64,000 bases of DNA from Octopus vulgaris (GCA_951406725.2 OX597815.1:194122001-194186000); one strand, 5' to 3'; counted from the stretch's first letter, positions 1 to 13,371 are shown. The notes: a model not told the origin generated them from the sequence alone. Translations and numbers: made by a program.

Positions 1-134
1 GTAACTTGGTTATCATTCAGCTAGTGTTAGGAACATAAATTGTGGCTAAGGTTTGGAGGAAGATTTTAATTCAGAACTTATGAAAACAAGACATTTATAC
101 TCAGAGTCAGAGCCGGTTTCAGCCAGGTTGGTAA

Positions 135-468
135 TAATAATAATAATAATAATAATGTTCGTCCTTCGGGTTCGAAGATGACCATTGACATCATTTGGTG
201 GAATTGCTGCTATGAGACTGGAGGTGGCTGGTGAGGCTAATCCGGGTAAGAAAGCCCCTCCCACAGGTGGGGCAGAAGTGGGTAGGGGCTGTGCTATTGG
301 TGCAGGTAGCTCTGGCTTTCCGCATCTGGCGTTTCTGTTCTGCTGACTGAATCCGTCTCTCCTCGGCTGTCTTTGCTCCTGTGGTGATTGCGCTGCGCCA
401 GGATGAGCAGTCGGCAGCAAGTGTCTCCCAAGTCTCTGTGCCGATGGAGAAGTCTTTGAGAGAGACTT
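135..468 (-). mobile_element. RTE/BovB-type LINE 3' fragment
   Basis: Minus frame reads ...WETLAADCSSWRSAI...HFCPTCGRGFLTRISLTSHLQSH (C-terminal C2H2 finger), then a short 3' UTR and an (ATT)n tail. Confidence 0.8.
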
Positions 469-955
469 TGAGTAAAATAACTTAGTTATCATTGAGCTAG
501 TGTTAGGAACATAAATTGTGACTAAGGTTTGGAGGAAGATTTTAATTCAGAACTTATGAAAACAAGACATTTGTACCCAGAGTCAGAGCTGGTTTCAGCC
601 GGGCTGGTAACGAAAGGGTTAATGCTAGAGTCAACAATTGCCAGGGTGTTCAATCATGTTGAATCATGTTTTGTTTTTATTTTGATCATTTCTGCCGTTG
701 CCAGGTGTATGCCGTTCATGGACGCACATTTATTGTCTTCCAATTAGATCATCAATATCTATCAATAATGTGCAATGGAATGTCAACCTGGTTAAAGCTA
801 ATTGTTCGTTGAATCTTGATATGTGAAGTCACATGCCAGGAGTGCTGTTGCCTAGTGTTGAAGTCAGTTGGTACTGTACATACCACTATCTTCCCCTGAG
901 ACAAATACTTCCAACTGCCACTGGACCACTGAACCACTGACAGAAATCTGGATTA

Positions 956-1180
956 GGCGGTGAGCTGGTAGAATCATTAGCATACCGGGCGAAATGCTCA
1001 GCGGTATTTCATCTACGTTCTTAGTTCAAATTCCACCGAGGTCAACTTTGCCTTTCATCCTTTCTGGCTCGATTAAATAAGTACCAGTTACGCACTGGGG
1101 TTGATGCAATTGACTTAATCCCTTTGTCTGTCCTTGTTTGTCCCCTCAATGTTTAGCCCCTTGTAGGCAATAAAGAAATA
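956..1180 (+). mobile_element. tRNA-derived SINE with CTTTCATCCTTTCGGGGTCGAT core (Meta/MESC-like); other copies near 16.8-17.8, 39.3-39.8, 56.1-56.3 and 56.7-57.2 kb
   Basis: A-box TGGYAGAA, B-box GTTCAAATTCC, conserved core and tail AGCCCCTTGTRGG..AAAGAAATA. Confidence 0.8.
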
Positions 1181-4100
1181 AGAAATGTGGAATGGTGGCC
1201 ATGTGGCAACATCTTGTTGAACTGTTTAATTGCAAAAACGATAGAAAAGGTTTCTGCCGTTATGATAGAGGAAAGATGTTTCTGTGTTCAAATTTAGTCA
1301 GGGTTAGTTTACCTGTCATTCTGTATAGGGGTGGGTGTTAATAAAAATCATCACCATTACCACAACCGTTATTTATAAACATTTCATGTTAAACCTTTGG
1401 CTTTCACTTAGCGTTATGCTGAAAAATTGTCCAACTGTACTTTATTTCTCCACTACTGTAAGATGTCTATTCACTAGTCTAGAAACCTAGTTTTTAAAAT
1501 TTTTTATTCTATCCATCAGATACATATTTTACTGGCCACTTAAAAATCTTTGTTTTGTGTTTTTTTAATTTTGTCTTTCCTTTGTTTTTAATTCTTTATA
1601 AATCCTTGAACTTTTGTGGATTTGAAAAATTCTCTTTGCACTTGGTACTAAACACAGTCTGCTCTTATCTCTAATGATAACATTGGCTTCTAATACTGGC
1701 TTCCTAGATGGTTCCGGGTTTTGTTTGCATAATTAAAAATGCATTAGTTGTCAACATATCCCAGGCATAATGATATTCATGTTATAAAGATGGACTATGC
1801 TTTATTTTACTAATGTATTACAGCAACATAATGGGATTAAGTCAATTGGTGATATCCTGTTTTATTTGTGTGTGTTAGAAAGACATTACAATGAGTCAAA
1901 AACAATTTAAGCCTCATCCACATACAGGCACACACACACGTTCATGCATACATACAGAATCTTTGTCCTGCATTATGACAATATTTTATATACATATACA
2001 CATGTACAAACTGTTTATAATATGTTTGTACTGTATGTCAATATATAAATGCTAATAGAAATATAGAAAGAAAAACATAGACTCATTCATCATAGCTATA
2101 ATTTGTTTGGTTAAACATTTGCTATGCTTCTGTTGTGGCAGACTTCCCCAAGTAAGAAGTAGGCTGTTGCACTACTGATAAATAGTGGACAGACACAGCA
2201 AGTGGTGTCAGTCGGTGAGGTTCGCCGTACAGGCCAGTTATGCAGACAACAAAGTTATGTCATCATAATGCAGGACATATCAATGGTGACGAGGAGTTGA
2301 ACTACATGCAGTGGCAGATAAGACTAACACAGAACTGAACTACACACAGGGAAAAATAATATAAATCCATGGGTGGAGGCGCAATTTTACTCCATTAGAT
2401 AACCTTTCTTTCCAAACTATCTCTGCTTCTGTCATAGGAAACCACCCACCTTAAAGTATTCACATTTACATTAAAAAACCTTCTATCGTGATTTTATTTT
2501 CAGAGGCAACGGTTTCTAATAATATTTATTGAAATCGAAATCAAATTCGATGACTGGCATCCGTGCTAGTGGAGCACTTAGAGCACCATCCGAGCGTGAT
2601 CATTGCCAGAGCGGCTAACTGGCGTTTGTGCCGGTGGCACATAAAAAGCACCATTCGAGCGTGATTGTTACCAGCATTGCCTTACTGGCACTTGTGCCAA
2701 TGTGCAGGTGACACGTAAAAAAACACAAAAAAAAAAACCGATTTTTTCGTGACCGTTACTAGTACTGCCTGACTGGCCCTCGTAAAAGCACCCACTACAC
2801 TCTCGGAGTGGTTGGCATTAGGAAGGGCATCCAGCTGTAGAAACTCTGCCAGATCAGACTGAAGCCTGGTGCAGCCATCTGGTTCCCCAGTCCCCAGTCA
2901 AATCATCCAACCCATGCTGGCATGGAAAGCGGACGTTAAATGATGATGATGATGATTTAATTATAAAAATGTAATAGGACTTTTTAAATATTGAATGGCT
3001 TTAAGAGGCCACTGGAGTAAAATACAAATCAAAGGCGTCAACTGACAAAAAAAAAATTGTCCAGAACCACTGACCTCTTGGTCAGTGTCTGAAAAAACAA
3101 AATGTGAATAAGAATGGAACCAGAAAATTTGGTTGAATGTTTACAACAGAGTAAACTCTATAATAGGCATCTCTTTGACAAATCTCGTTCCTAACTGTCT
3201 GAATTATTTTTCTACTCTGCCATTTATCCTGTATGGCTTAGAGCTGCCTTGTTTTTTGCACTGATGTGACAAAAGCATTGTTCTAATTGATATACTACTC
3301 CAGCTGACATTGGAGGCCCAACATTGACAGCCACATCCTGAATGTCCTATTCTCCAGTGCAAGGAAGCTTGATGATAGAAGGTAGAATTTGAACTTAGAA
3401 CATAAAGCGACATAGCAAATACTGCAAGTCATTTTCTCAGATCATCATCATCGTTTAACGTCCGTTCTCCATGCTAGCATGGGTTGGACGGTTCGACCGG
3501 GGATCTGGGAAGCCAGAAGGCTGCACCAGGCTCCAGTCTTATCTGGCAATGTTTCTACAGCTGGATGCCCTTCCTAACGCCAACCACTCCGTGAGTGTAG
3601 TGGATGCTAATTCTACTAAACCATTGCCTTGGACTTTTTACTTTTCATTAACTACAAATTGATAAAAGACAAGTTGAAATCTTAACCTGAAGGTCAGACA
3701 GCTAAAGCAAATAACTGCAAGGCATTCTATCCAAAGCTTTAAATCACCATCATCGTCATTTAATGTCTGTTTTCCATGATGGTATGGGTTGGGGTGGTTT
3801 GACAGGAACTGGAGGGCTGCACCTGGCTCCAGTAATCTGTTTTGGCATGGTTTCTACAGCTGTATGCCTTTCCTAATGCCAACCACTTCACAGTGTATTG
3901 GGTGCTTTCATGTGATGCCAGCACAGGTGCTTTTTGCATGGTACTGGCTGGGTGCTTATTATGTGGTGCTGGCACAGGGGCCTTTTATGTGACGCCGGCA
4001 CCAGTGACTTTTAGGTGGTGCCTGCACAGATGCTGAATGGTTCTACCAGATCAGTACCTTACTTTGTTATCACAAGTCAAAGGTGCAAAATTAGGTCTTG

Positions 4101-5338
4101 CACTGTTCAGATATATTTTTGTTTGTAGGATTCCTGAATACAGAATTTTTACCAAACTCAAGCACACACACACACACACACATGCATGTTTATCTCGTTT
4201 GTTAAGATGTTTGGAGACCTTTGTTATATAGATCTATGTTTTATTAATTTTGATCTTTTCTTTTATTGTGCAGCATGGACACAGAAACTTTCAATGAAAT
4301 GTCTGCTGTGATTGTACTGGAAGAATTTTGCAAGGAACTTTCAGCTATTGCCTTTGTGAAACAGTATGCTGTAATTACTCGACTATCCTTGTGAAATCCC
4401 TTGGAGCTATATGTGATATTAATGGAGAGAAAATGGTAAAAAGAAATACAAGTCAATAAATCCAACTGAAGCAAAAATGGAACTGTGTGAAACACACGAC
4501 CACCCAAGAACAAATTTTACATCTGTCCATGATTGCTTGATGTGTGAGAAACAGCAGTGAAATATCCCTTGATCACACCCTACCATCTTAGTAAAAAAAA
4601 AAAAATAGAAAGAAAAAAAAATGTTGGATAATGTGATTCAGGGTGCACTATGCTTGGAATGATAAAGAAGCAGTGGTCATGATTGGAAGGCCTTTTTGTC
4701 ATCGGGTTGTCCAATCAAAATTGGCCTTGCGCTAAAGATACACACACTCTCACACTCACATACACTTAAACACGCACACATTTTTAAAAGCCTTCAAGAG
4801 TAATTTTATTTTATTTATAATTACAAAGTTTTCTCCCCGTCCTCCCTTGTCACTTCTTTACATGGACCCTATCTGTGCAATGCCTTACATATAATAAGTG
4901 TGTATATATGTATAATATATATATATATATGTATATATGTATATATATATATTTTCATTTAGAGATAATAGGCCCCTTCATCTCACCATATATAAAAGAA
5001 TTTTTATTTTAAATACCTACTATTTTATAACTTGGCTACACGTGTTTCAAGAGGTACATTTCCCGGTTCCTAAACCACTCCGTGTTTTGCTGGTTTAGGA
5101 ACCGGGAAACGTACCTCATGAAACACGTGTAGCCAAGTTATAAAATAGGTATTTAAAATAAAAATTCTTTTTTATATGGTGAAATGAAGGGGACTACTAT
5201 CTCTAAATGAAAAATATATATTTCTTCATTGAGAATAATTTGAACCCCTGTTATGCCGGAATTTTTATTCCCTAACAAATAAAATTATATATATATATAT
5301 ATATACACATATACCCACACAGACTCACACACATATGC

Positions 5339-5369
<31 letters not shown>

Positions 5370-5618
5370 AAGTATATGGGTGTGTATGTATATATGCTTT
5401 GTAATGTAACATGTGTTCTACATTTATTGAAAGGAAGTTGTTACTCCTGTCTCTATCTATGGCTACAGTTCTTTCTATAAAACATTACAATTTCTTCCAG
5501 TGACAGTTACTCTCATTTCCGTTTATCTTTTATCATTTATGATATACATTCATTTTTATTTTCCGTTGTAGTCATAAATTCACATCAGTAAACATAAAGA
5601 GACATATTCAGTGTGTGT

Positions 5619-5653
<35 letters not shown>

Positions 5654-5752
5654 TATACTTTATTTAAAAGCAGCAGAAATATAACAAAAGCTGTTACTCA
5701 GTTTCACGTTCCCGCTCATCGGACAGTTTTGTTAAAAAAAAAAAATTTTTTT

Positions 5753-5806
5753 TAACAAAACTGTCCGACGAACGAGACGTGAAACTCCGAGTAACAGCTT
5801 TTGTTA
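5753..5806 (+). ncRNA. type-I hammerhead-like motif (CCGACGA core), with a mirror copy at about 5682-5734 on the - strand
   Basis: Stem I TAACAAAA-CTGT / ACAG-C-TTTTGTTA, core CCGACGA, stem II ACG/CGT, GAAA, stem III ACT/AGT, GUA site. Confidence 0.65.
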
Positions 5807-5902
5807 TATTTCTGCTGCTTTTAAATAAAGCATATTACTCTACCTCTGGTATTTGAGTACTCTTTTTTCCACTTTGTTTCACATTTATGAGCTTACTCCA
5901 GT

Positions 5903-5974
<72 letters not shown>

Positions 5975-6285
5975 CTGGGTAAATATACAAACTCAATACA
6001 TATAGTAAGTGCTAGTCATTTGTTTGAAGTTGATGGTTTAGTCCGTTACTAGTTAGGGTCTCTCTTCATGTTTGACTCTTCAGATGACGTCCTTTTCTCT
6101 TTTTTTTTTCCCACCTGAAAGGTTACTCATGATGGGAAATTCTAAATAATCCCAAACTGAATCACCATCATCAAATAAACACACACACACATGCACACAT
6201 GTGAAATAACCCTGTTATCAATTCTTCAAAATCAGTTATTAGCAGTGTGCTATACTGTTGTTTATTTTTAACATTTATTATGTGC

Positions 6286-6318
<33 letters not shown>

Positions 6319-7522
6319 TATAATAATTATTATTATTTGATTCTTTTTTTTATTTTTATGACTGTTGTGATGGTAATTGCTTCGAGAAGCAAGTGAACAA
6401 CTAGGTTCTCAATCCAGCATGGAACTCTTCACCTATGTCATAAATACAAGATCTTCCCAATTGCTTTGCATTCAAAAAAAAAAAAAAAATCTTATGGATC
6501 ATATCTTCCTATCAACATTGCAGTGGAGATGTTTGAGATAGTATCAAAAAATTTATCTTGTTGTTGTGACTTCAAATTCTACTGAGATTTAAAGTCAATT
6601 TTATCTTATATTCCTGTGAAGAGTTGATAAAATAAATATTAAAAAAAAAACAACAAAAAGATTCACTTTTTGTCAGTGTATTTCAAGTAACAGAATTATG
6701 GTATAGTTAAATTTTTTTTTTTTAAAAAAGATTGTTTATACTGTAAGAGTATAATATCATTTTAATCTAGGATTATCCTTTGAAATTCTTCAAGATCATT
6801 TATTGTTGGTAATGTTTCTAAAGAGATTTATAGTGGCAGATATCAATTTCCTTCTGAGGCTCCTGTGCAGGTGGCACATAAAAAAACACCATTTGAACGT
6901 GGCCATTGCTAGTACCGCCTGACTGGCCCTCATGCCAGTGGCATCTAAAAGCACCCACTACACTCTTGGAGTGGTTGGCGTTAGGAAGGGCATCCAGCTG
7001 TAGAAACTCTGCCAGATCAAGATTGGAGCCTGGTGCAGCCATCTGGTTCATCAGTCCTCAGTCAAATCATCCAACCCATGCTAGCATGGAAAACAGACGT
7101 TAAATGATGATGAGGATGATGATGATGAATAGTTCGAGCGGTGGACATGTAGTAGTATTTAGTTACACCCTTTTACCTTCTGATTCCAAACCACACCTCA
7201 GTCAGCTTTACATTTTGTCCTTAGAGCACTGATTAAATTAGTGCTAATCAAAAGCACTGGTGCTGGTGCCATGTAAAAAGCACCCAGTACTCCTTGTAAA
7301 GTGGTTGGCATTAGGAAAGCTATCCAGCTGTAGAAACCATGTCAAACATACTATGGAACCTGGTGCAGCTTCTGGCCTTGTCAGCGCTGTCAAACTGTCC
7401 AACCTATGCCAGCATGGAAAATGGATGTTAAGTAACAATGATAATGATGATGAAGTAACAAGGTCAATTTAATTATACTTTTCCTCTGACATTATGCTAA
7501 TGTTAAAAATTAATATCAATAA

Positions 7523-7798
7523 TTGCCAGCCTCACCTGGCCCCCGTGCCGGTGGCACGTAAAAGCACCATCCGTTCGTGGCCGTTTGCCAGCTCCGTCTG
7601 GCACCTGTGCGGGTGGCACGTAAAAAGCACCCACTACACTCACGGAGGGGTTGGCGTTAGGAAGGGCATCCAGCCGTAGAAACACTGCCAGATCAGACTG
7701 GGCCTGATGCAGCCTTCTGGCTTCACAGACCCCAGTTGAACCGTCCAACCCATGCTAGCATGGAAAACGGACGCTAAATGATGATGATGATGATGATG
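7523..7798 (+). mobile_element. 5'-truncated RTE-type LINE 3' UTR with ~60-bp subrepeats and (GAT)n tail; representative of more than 20 copies (e.g. 2530-2956, 26245-26790, 28370-28705, 37515-37982, 46560-46950, 52490-52993, 61755-62087)
   Basis: GTGCNGGTGGCACGTAAAAAGCACC units, the AGGAAGGGCATCCAGCTGTAGAAAC block, a terminal hairpin CGTCC..CCATGCTAGCATGG..GGACG and (GAT)n. It is joined to an RTE ORF end at 47.9-48.5 kb. Confidence 0.8.
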
Positions 7799-8183
7799 AA
7801 TTCTAAACAACATAGAATTCTGTTGTTAAAAATCAAATTTTTATGCAGCATCATAAAAAAGTCATTGAAAGACTTCAGATCAACATAGGAAAGTTCTAAA
7901 CTCACGTTTACATAACAGTGCAAATCTTTTTTGTACAGGTGCACAACACTGGATGACATGTTTAGTACAATATAAACTATCTAGAGTAGTTTTAAATGAG
8001 GTTGTTTGTTTATATGGTTTATGAAAATTTAACAACAAATGGAGAAAGATTTGCTCAGCTGAACAGGAAACAGCAAGATCAGTAACATTGTGAATGGTGT
8101 GAGACTAAAGATGATGAACTTGGACAGCTCAAACAAAGAAATCTGCAGTCAATGGTCAAAGAGCATTTATTTTTATTTCTTTA

Positions 8184-8570
8184 CTAGCAGTATCGCCCGG
8201 CGTTGCTTCGGTTTGTTTTGACCCTTTAGAATTGGAATTTTTGAAAAGTAAAAATTTTGCATTATGTAGCTTGTTATTCTCTTTAAGTGAACATTTTTCT
8301 GGTTGAAATAAACCGAAAAATGGTGACACAGCAGTCAAAAAATCGTAAAAATAGGGATTTTCATAGAAAAAAAGCACCTTTTTGATGTAAATAATTTTTG
8401 GTGTTAACATGGTCCGATTTGAATTTTTTCTTTTACAGAAGGAAGAGCAAACCTATCGTACTCACAATTTTGGTCAACTTGCACCGCAGGGTCTCGGAGG
8501 AGATAGTGTTAGGTGAAGGCTACCAAACCTGCCAAACACAGACAACTTCAGCTTTATATTTAGAGAGAGA
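8184..8570 (-). mobile_element. non-autonomous Helitron; other copies 11648-12041, 14722-15098 and 42623-43537 (interrupted)
   Basis: On the - strand: 5'-TC start, subterminal hairpin (family consensus CCCGAGCAACGCCGGG), 3'-CTAG end, A|T insertion, no TSD; four similar ~390-bp copies. Confidence 0.8.
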
Positions 8571-10036
8571 TTGCAATTTGTATTTTCTCTAGTTTGTCTT
8601 TTACTTGTTTCAGTCATTTGACTGCAGCCATGTTGGGGCACCACCTTGAAGAGTTTTAATTGAACAAATCAACCTCAGGACTTATTTTTAAAGCCTGGTA
8701 TTTATTCTATCGGTTTCTTTTGCTGAACCTCTAAGTTACAGGAATGTAAACACACCAACACCGGTTGTCAAACAGTGGGGGGTACAAACACAGACAAAGA
8801 CACACACACGCATATGACGGGTTTCTTTCAGTTTCCAAATGTCCAAAAGCGTATACTTTGGTTTAGATTTTAGCACATGGTGTGGGCTGGAATAAACTAC
8901 CTGCAAAGGAAGCTTAACTGCATCTTTGCATACAAATACATGAGTCCAGGAATTGCTATCGAGTGGAACCAGCATGTTAATCGACTGTGGTCTCGTTATT
9001 AACGGAGGTAATTCTGCCATGTAATTTCACAGCCGATGAAATATAGCTGGAAGGATCATGCTGAATAGCTGTAGCCAATATCGTTTGACCAGGTAGTATA
9101 AGTGTTGAACGATAAAGTATTTCTTCCGAGGAGTAACCTAGGTTTTCGCTAATAGCGGTACGTAAACCTAGCAGTGCAATCGGAAGGTCTTCGAACAACC
9201 TATCCAAATCGGAATGTGCTTGAAAAGCTGCGTAAAGTTGTTGATGTAGCCGTTCTATCATTCTGTTAGACACGGGGTTATAAGCTGTTGTACGAATTCG
9301 ACGCGTACCTAGCAGGTGAGAGAGAGAGGTCGGCGAAAAAAACTGGATTGGAACTGACGACCCCACTTCAGGTCGTTTTGTCATAGGTGCTCCAAAGCGT
9401 TAGGGCTACTCCTCATGTAATTGTTGTACTCTGAGTACTTGCGTTGCAGTCGAGTATTCATTTCGTACTCTATCCCCATGTTAGTGCAGTGTGTAGGTTG
9501 CCATCCATTTTACAGTATCCAAAGTGGGTTTGTTTTCTATGGCACCAGCACCGTGTGGATTGTCTTGTAACTCGCAAGATGAGAGAATCCCTAAGGCAAC
9601 TGTAAAAGATGAAATGTCTTTTATTTGTATTTGGGAAAACAGCCTATAAGGTCCAAAAGATACATTTTATCCTAAACTGGTGGAAGAGGACCTGCGATAT
9701 ATACGGGGATGTGCTTGAAATGAGCGTCAGGAGTAGCGAAAGTCCTTAACGGTATTTTGATGTGGGGCTTAGCCCTGGTGTTTTGGAAGGATATACAATG
9801 ACGCGCCCAATTACGAATGTTCTGCATTTTAAGCCAAACAAAACGATTTGAAATTAATTTCGCCGTTGCCAAAATACCCGGATAGAAAGCAGAGAAGTCG
9901 GTTCGTCTATGATTCTCTTGGAGGTACGGTCTAGGAAACCCAGTAGAAGCATCAGACCATATAAAGGAAACACTAGAATGCAATAGTAATAGACGAAAAT
10001 CCAGAGACGATGACTCTGATGTACGGAGTTGTAATA

Positions 10037-10558
10037 CTGTAAATCCTCGAGTATAGTCCGCCCTTCAGTATAATATGCAGGGGATTTTTAGGGGGCTGTA
10101 CTTCTGAAAAACCTAAACCTTGTGTATAACACACACCCCTTCTCTGACTTGAGTCGTGTGTAATTAAGCCTGCAGCACCTAGTCGAACAAAAACATCCGC
10201 GCATGCGTAATACAATAATGGTGATGTTCTTAACTGTTATATGGGAATGTAAATATGTTTGCAAATTGTTTTTGTTACATGTTATTCTGTGTTCTGAATA
10301 CTTTTATTTTAATAAATGTTGCCTACTGCAAGTTATAGATGATTCTTTTATGACTTCATTGCTTTCAAGCTTAGCTTAAGGTATATTCGCGCCCGACATC
10401 ACAAAATGCGTCTGAATAAACATTGCCGGACAGCAAATAGAGACTCGGACATTGCTTAGAAAATATTTTTCATTTTTAACCTCGTATATAGTACGCACTA
10501 AGGATTTTGACCTTTAAATTTTGGGGAAAAAGTGCGGATTATACTCGAGGGTTTGCGG
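10037..10558. mobile_element. pogo/Tc1-mariner-type MITE inserted in the Gypsy pol
   Basis: TIRs CTGTAAATCCTCGAGTATAGTCCGC / GCGGATTATACTCGAGGGTTTGCGG with TA on both sides; removal rejoins the pol peptide (NEEL|LQLRTS). Confidence 0.8.
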
Positions 10559-12875
10559 TAACTCCTCATTGTTCTTTTGATTCATAGCAATCATTTCCAA
10601 GTTAATAGTATTGGCAGAATGCAAAGCATTGACCAAAACATAGGATAAGGTGTCTGCTGCAGAATTATCAGCATCCTTCTTATAACGAATATCCTCTCTA
10701 AACTGTGAGATATAATCAAAGTGCCCAATGCCCCCAAGAGAGTATTTATCAGCCTTAGACTGCATACGTCAACGGCTTATGATCAGTATAAAGTGAAGGA
10801 CAAAAATGCTTCACAGATAATTAAGTGGTCGATAATTCGCTTCCGAAAGTACTGTGCCTTGTTTCTGCTGGTTTGAAACGCTTGAAAGAGGTTGCTTAGC
10901 ATCTTGAACGAACTGTTGCAGTACCGCACCGATTTCTACGCCTGATGCATGATGTTTTGCAAACAACTTGCACATGCAAGTGCTACCAGTTAAAAGCTCC
11001 GTATACCGGAAGCTAGCAAGTGTATGGGGTCATCAGGAGAGAATGCGCGCCGTTTCGGGGCCTACCTCTCGACGGCATCAATGCGCACCGGCCCCCCTCA
11101 CTGATATGAGGCCCCGTTTGCTAGATCAGCTGGTTATGAAGAACTCAATATACTTCTAGCCATCGCTCATCGTCTCTTTTTAACCAAATCCAGTGGCTAG
11201 CCTTCTCCACTGTAGATTGGATTCAGTCATGGTGGTATTCACTTTACGATAAGTTAGGCCTAGCGATAACAACAGTTATCTATTATCAATGCATCTATTA
11301 TCAGTGATAAATTTCTTTATTAAGCCACGCAGGGCCGAACACTGAGGGGGCAGAGGAACGTCTGGTACCGGATGGGCTAATAGTGTATCTTTGGTTAACT
11401 CTCCTTTGATATCGTTAAAAGATTGCAATTCTGCCGGATTTAGAGAGATAGTTTCGTTTTTTTTCTTCTTTTACGATTACGTAACAATACTCTTAGCGGA
11501 AATATAGTTTCCGTACAGTGCGGAATAAATCTTCCGAAGAAATAAGACCAAGAAGTTCTCGCAACTTCTTCAGCAATGCAAGAACAAGAATATTTGTAAT
11601 GGTATCTATTTTTGCCTTTAACGAACAAATTCCATCTTTATCAATAACTAGCAGTATCGCCCGGCGTTGCTCGGGTTTGTTTCAACCCTTTATAATTGGA
11701 ATTTTTGAAAAGTAAAAGTTTTGCATTATGTAGCTTGTTATTCTCTTTAAGTGAACATTTTTCTGGTTGAAATACACTGAAAAATGGTGACACAGCTGTC
11801 AAAAAATCGTGAAAAAAATAAGGATTTTCATAGAAGAAAAGCACCTTTTTGATGTAAATAATTTTTGGTGTTAACATGGTCCGATTTGAATTTTATTTTC
11901 TACGGCAGGAAGAGCAAGCCTTCTTCTATCATACTCTCAATTTTGGTCAACTTGCGCCGTAGGGTCTCGAAGGAGATAGCGTTAGTTGAAGGCTACCAAA
12001 CCTGCCACACACAGACAACTTCAGCTTTATATATAGAGAGACATCCCAAAATGTAATAGAAGAAACACCAAAAAGAAATTTACTGAGGTTAATTACCACT
12101 CCGAACTTTGACAAGCTTGTAAATGCTGTTTATGCTGCTCCTCCGTAGAGTTAGCAATCAACAAATCGTTGCTATAGGTAACAACTAAGTCTAAACCATG
12201 AGTGACTTCGTCGATAGCAGAGTTCCAATGACCTAAAGGCATTTTAAGGTATTCTAAAAATCCAAAAGGAGTAGTTATGCTATTTTAGGAACATCAGCAG
12301 ATTCTATAAAAATCTGATTATAAGTTCGTACTAAATCAATTTTAAAAGCAATAACATTACAACCATGTAAAGGAAGCTGAGAAATCGTGAAAATGAATAT
12401 GTTGAATTGAGTACTTCTCAGAACAGTTAAAGCATTCAAATGTCTGTAGTATCCACAAAAACACCAAGCTCCCTCAGATTTTTTTGAAACCATATGAAGT
12501 GAAGAAGACCAATTACTATAGGAAGGTCGAACTGTTCCAAGATCCAACATGTGACTAAATTCGCCCCTAGCAATTTTTAGCTTGTCAGCGATGAAACACC
12601 TCTGTCGCAATGAAACAGATCTTTTAGTGATGACATGATGTGTAACAGAGTGTACTGGACTCTCATTATTAAAAAAAAGGGCGAGTGATGTTTGGAAATG
12701 TCTTAAGGATCATATGATAACAATTAGATGTAGACGGTACAAAGAAAAGAGGGCTGGCAGTATCACGTTTACTGCACGGGCCCTGCGCAAACAAATCCGT
12801 TTCTGACTCTATTAGTTGTCTGTATTTCAAGTCTACAAGCAGACAAAAATTATGCAGGAAGTCGACTTCAAGAAT

Positions 12876-13371
12876 CATCATCATTATCATTGTTCGACCG
12901 TGGTCGAGACAATGGAATTTACCATGCTACGCCAGACTTCACGGTCCATCATGGCATTACGGAGGTCCTGTTGCTGGATGCCTGTATCCCTGGAGATTAC
13001 ATCAGGGTAGGAGAGTATGCGCCCTCTGGTATCGCGAGTAGATGGCTTCCAGAGGAGAAGAGTAGAAATTGCCTCGTTTTCAGCTCTACAACAATGTCCA
13101 GCAAACTGGACTCTCCTACCTTTCACAAGAGATGACACAGGTGGTAGTTTCCAATATAATTGCATTTTGGTTGGATGATGCTTCCACGAGAGATTTTTAG
13201 CTCTCATAAGGAGGCGAGTGTAGGTTCCATCCAACCGCCTCTCAAGCTTCTTTGATAACGACCAGGTTTCTGATCCATATAGTAGAATTGGTTCGACTGT
13301 GGCTTTGAAGATTTCAAGTTTGAAGTCTCTACTTAGATTTGATGACCAGATCTTATACATGTCATTACAGG
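12876..13371 (-). mobile_element. RTE-group LINE 3' fragment inserted in the Gypsy protease
   Basis: Peptide ILLYGSETWSLSKKLERRLDGTYTRLL...DREVWR, (GAT)n tail, and a 10-bp TSD CTTCAAGAAT at 12866-12875 and 13372-13381. Confidence 0.85.

Noticed and set aside
4272-4440. Possible exon of an upstream gene (MDTETFNEMSAV...)
   Set aside because: Short, interrupted by stops, and without recognisable homology or partner exons.
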